In this document: positions 33,175-34,004 of the stretch, piece by piece
Position numbering within the stretch: the stretch's first letter is position 1
Layout of the letters: every line of letters begins with the position of its first letter
From: a virus
Virus record (IMG/VR): IMGVR_UViG_3300017724_000029
DNA: 34,004 nucleotides
Strand: one strand, 5' to 3'
Program-made: the position numbers and the translations under genes
Notes under the pieces: model-generated
Told to the model about the DNA's origin: nothing
The model's database searches: none
What the model saw: only the letters and a program-made list of their open reading frames with translations

Positions 33175-33422
33175 TAATCCTCCTGATCAGGAACCTCATC
33201 GTAGTCGGCATCTGTGACTGCTTCTTGCTGAAGTGCTTCATCTAGCAATTCAATAAAACGCTCACGGCCTACTGCGAGTTGATCGACATTAAATCTAGCG
33301 CTTGATAACTTGCGGTCTAGATCATTCACATGGTTTAAAAGCACGCGTTGCTGATCATTAAAATCTTCAACGTAATACTCTTTTTCGTTCACGGTGATTA
33401 GGGTCTTTTCATTTTTTCCCAT
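33174..33422 (-). CDS. Hypothetical acidic helical protein
   Basis: 82-aa ORF that is TAATG-coupled to the downstream gene. Confidence 0.55.
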   Translation of the reverse strand: MGKNEKTLITVNEKEYYVEDFNDQQRVLLNHVNDLDRKLSSARFNVDQLAVGRERFIELLDEALQQEAVTDADYDEVPDQED

Positions 33423-33435
33423 CGTCGCTACTCCT

Positions 33436-33596
33436 TAGTTTTTAGCTTTACCTATATTAAGCGCCAAGATCTCCAAGAACTTGTACGCCTTCCCAATCCA
33501 CACATCATCTTTCGGTGTGGGCGTCATGGCGGCAATTAATGAACATACCGCAATAACTGATGTTGCGATGTTCGCAACGTCCATAAGCATACCCAT
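33436..33596 (-). pseudogene. Small membrane-protein gene apparently split by a 1-nt frame change
   Basis: Frame A, TAATG-coupled at 33596, reads MGMLMDVANIATSVIAVCS then a stop. Frame B reads (MF)LIAAMTPTPKDDVWIGKAYKFLEILALNIGKAKN and stops at 33436. Restoring one base near 33540 would give a 53-aa protein with one complete TM helix. Confidence 0.35.
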
Positions 33597-33913
33597 TACC
33601 AAGGCATTCCAGAGCCAGTAACAGGATTCTTATCCGCTGCGATCTTAGCTGTCAGCGCCGCTTCAGTAGCGTCTTGATTTACTGACTCGTGTACCCATGC
33701 TAGTACGGCTGCCTCTGTTAGGCTGTCATAGGCTACAAAGCCGTCAGCGTCTGCGTCAGGCGTAAAGCCTACAGTGCCGTATGAGGATGCAGAGTAAGTA
33801 ACAGCGTCGTCGCCAGTACCTACGGTTTCAGATGCGTTAGCTCGCCAGTGTGCGACGGTTACACCGCCGTCTGCCAAATTTCGCTCAAGTGTTGCAATAG
33901 TCCATGTAGTCAT
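33596..33913 (-). CDS. Conserved hypothetical protein that follows the tail fibre across the circular junction
   Basis: 105-aa ORF. Its ATG overlaps the tail-fibre stop (TAATG), as seen in repeat copy A at 29..33. The pattern TWTIATLER...DGGVTVAHW...LTEAAVLAWV...GSGMPW recalls a family common in marine phages. Confidence 0.6.
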   Translation of the reverse strand: MTTWTIATLERNLADGGVTVAHWRANASETVGTGDDAVTYSASSYGTVGFTPDADADGFVAYDSLTEAAVLAWVHESVNQDATEAALTAKIAADKNPVTGSGMPW

Positions 33914-34004
33914 TAGTTAGTCTCCAATTGTGCAACTCTGGCACGTAGTGATTGAATTTCTTTTACAAGCATAGGTACTAGCTTTGAGTAGTCTACGCCC
34001 ATCA
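33883..34004. repeat. Terminal direct repeat, copy B. It also carries a truncated duplicate of the tail-fibre 3' end (33913..34004, minus strand).
   Basis: Exact copy of 1..122 that runs to the last base of the window. This implies a 33,882-bp unit genome. Confidence 0.97.

Noticed and set aside
1-34004. A search for reverse transcriptase/DGR template-variable repeat pairs, retron-like elements, toxin-antitoxin pairs, methyltransferases and homing endonucleases.
   Set aside because: No ORF shows RT (YxDD), HNH/GIY-YIG or methyltransferase motifs. The repeats within the fibre-region proteins are tandem intragenic units, not a template/variable pair.

Overview
The window is a complete double-stranded DNA phage genome. 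Bases 1..122 are identical to 33883..34004, so the unique sequence is 33,882 bp and the two ends join. All roughly 55 supportable genes lie on the minus strand. They are tightly packed and often translationally coupled by TAATG or ATGA junctions.

Reading in the direction of transcription (descending coordinates, wrapping at the window edge):
- A candidate early promoter and operator region at about 16.1 kb.
- An early block (16042 to about 10300): a very acidic first gene, a Sak3/DUF1071 single-strand annealing protein, a small protein ending in the bacterial SSB tip DDIPF, two HTH regulators, a 350-bp hairpin-rich gap, a 92-bp dyad-symmetric pentamer array, a NinB-like protein, an HTH-metallophosphoesterase fusion and NinG.
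- A junction of tiny regulator-like genes (10162..9514).
- A long late block: small and large terminase, a 634-aa protein with ADP-ribosyltransferase-like motifs, three polybasic micro-genes, an adaptor, fibre-associated repeat proteins and a 1104-aa tail fibre with an S74 chaperone domain.
- After the wrap: tail or receptor-binding candidates, five Q/G/A-rich presumed internal virion proteins (including an 808-aa FDPS-repeat protein), portal, scaffold and an SU10-type major capsid protein.
- A strong terminator after the capsid gene, then four envelope-targeted proteins, a holin and an M15 endolysin.

I found no tail tube, sheath or tape measure, so the virion is probably short-tailed. I also found no DNA or RNA polymerase, helicase, primase, integrase, tRNA, CRISPR array or reverse transcriptase.

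Functional calls rest on motif recognition by eye from the translated ORFs. No database search or structure prediction was possible, so family names other than terminase, capsid, portal, S74, M15, NinG and Sak3 are tentative.
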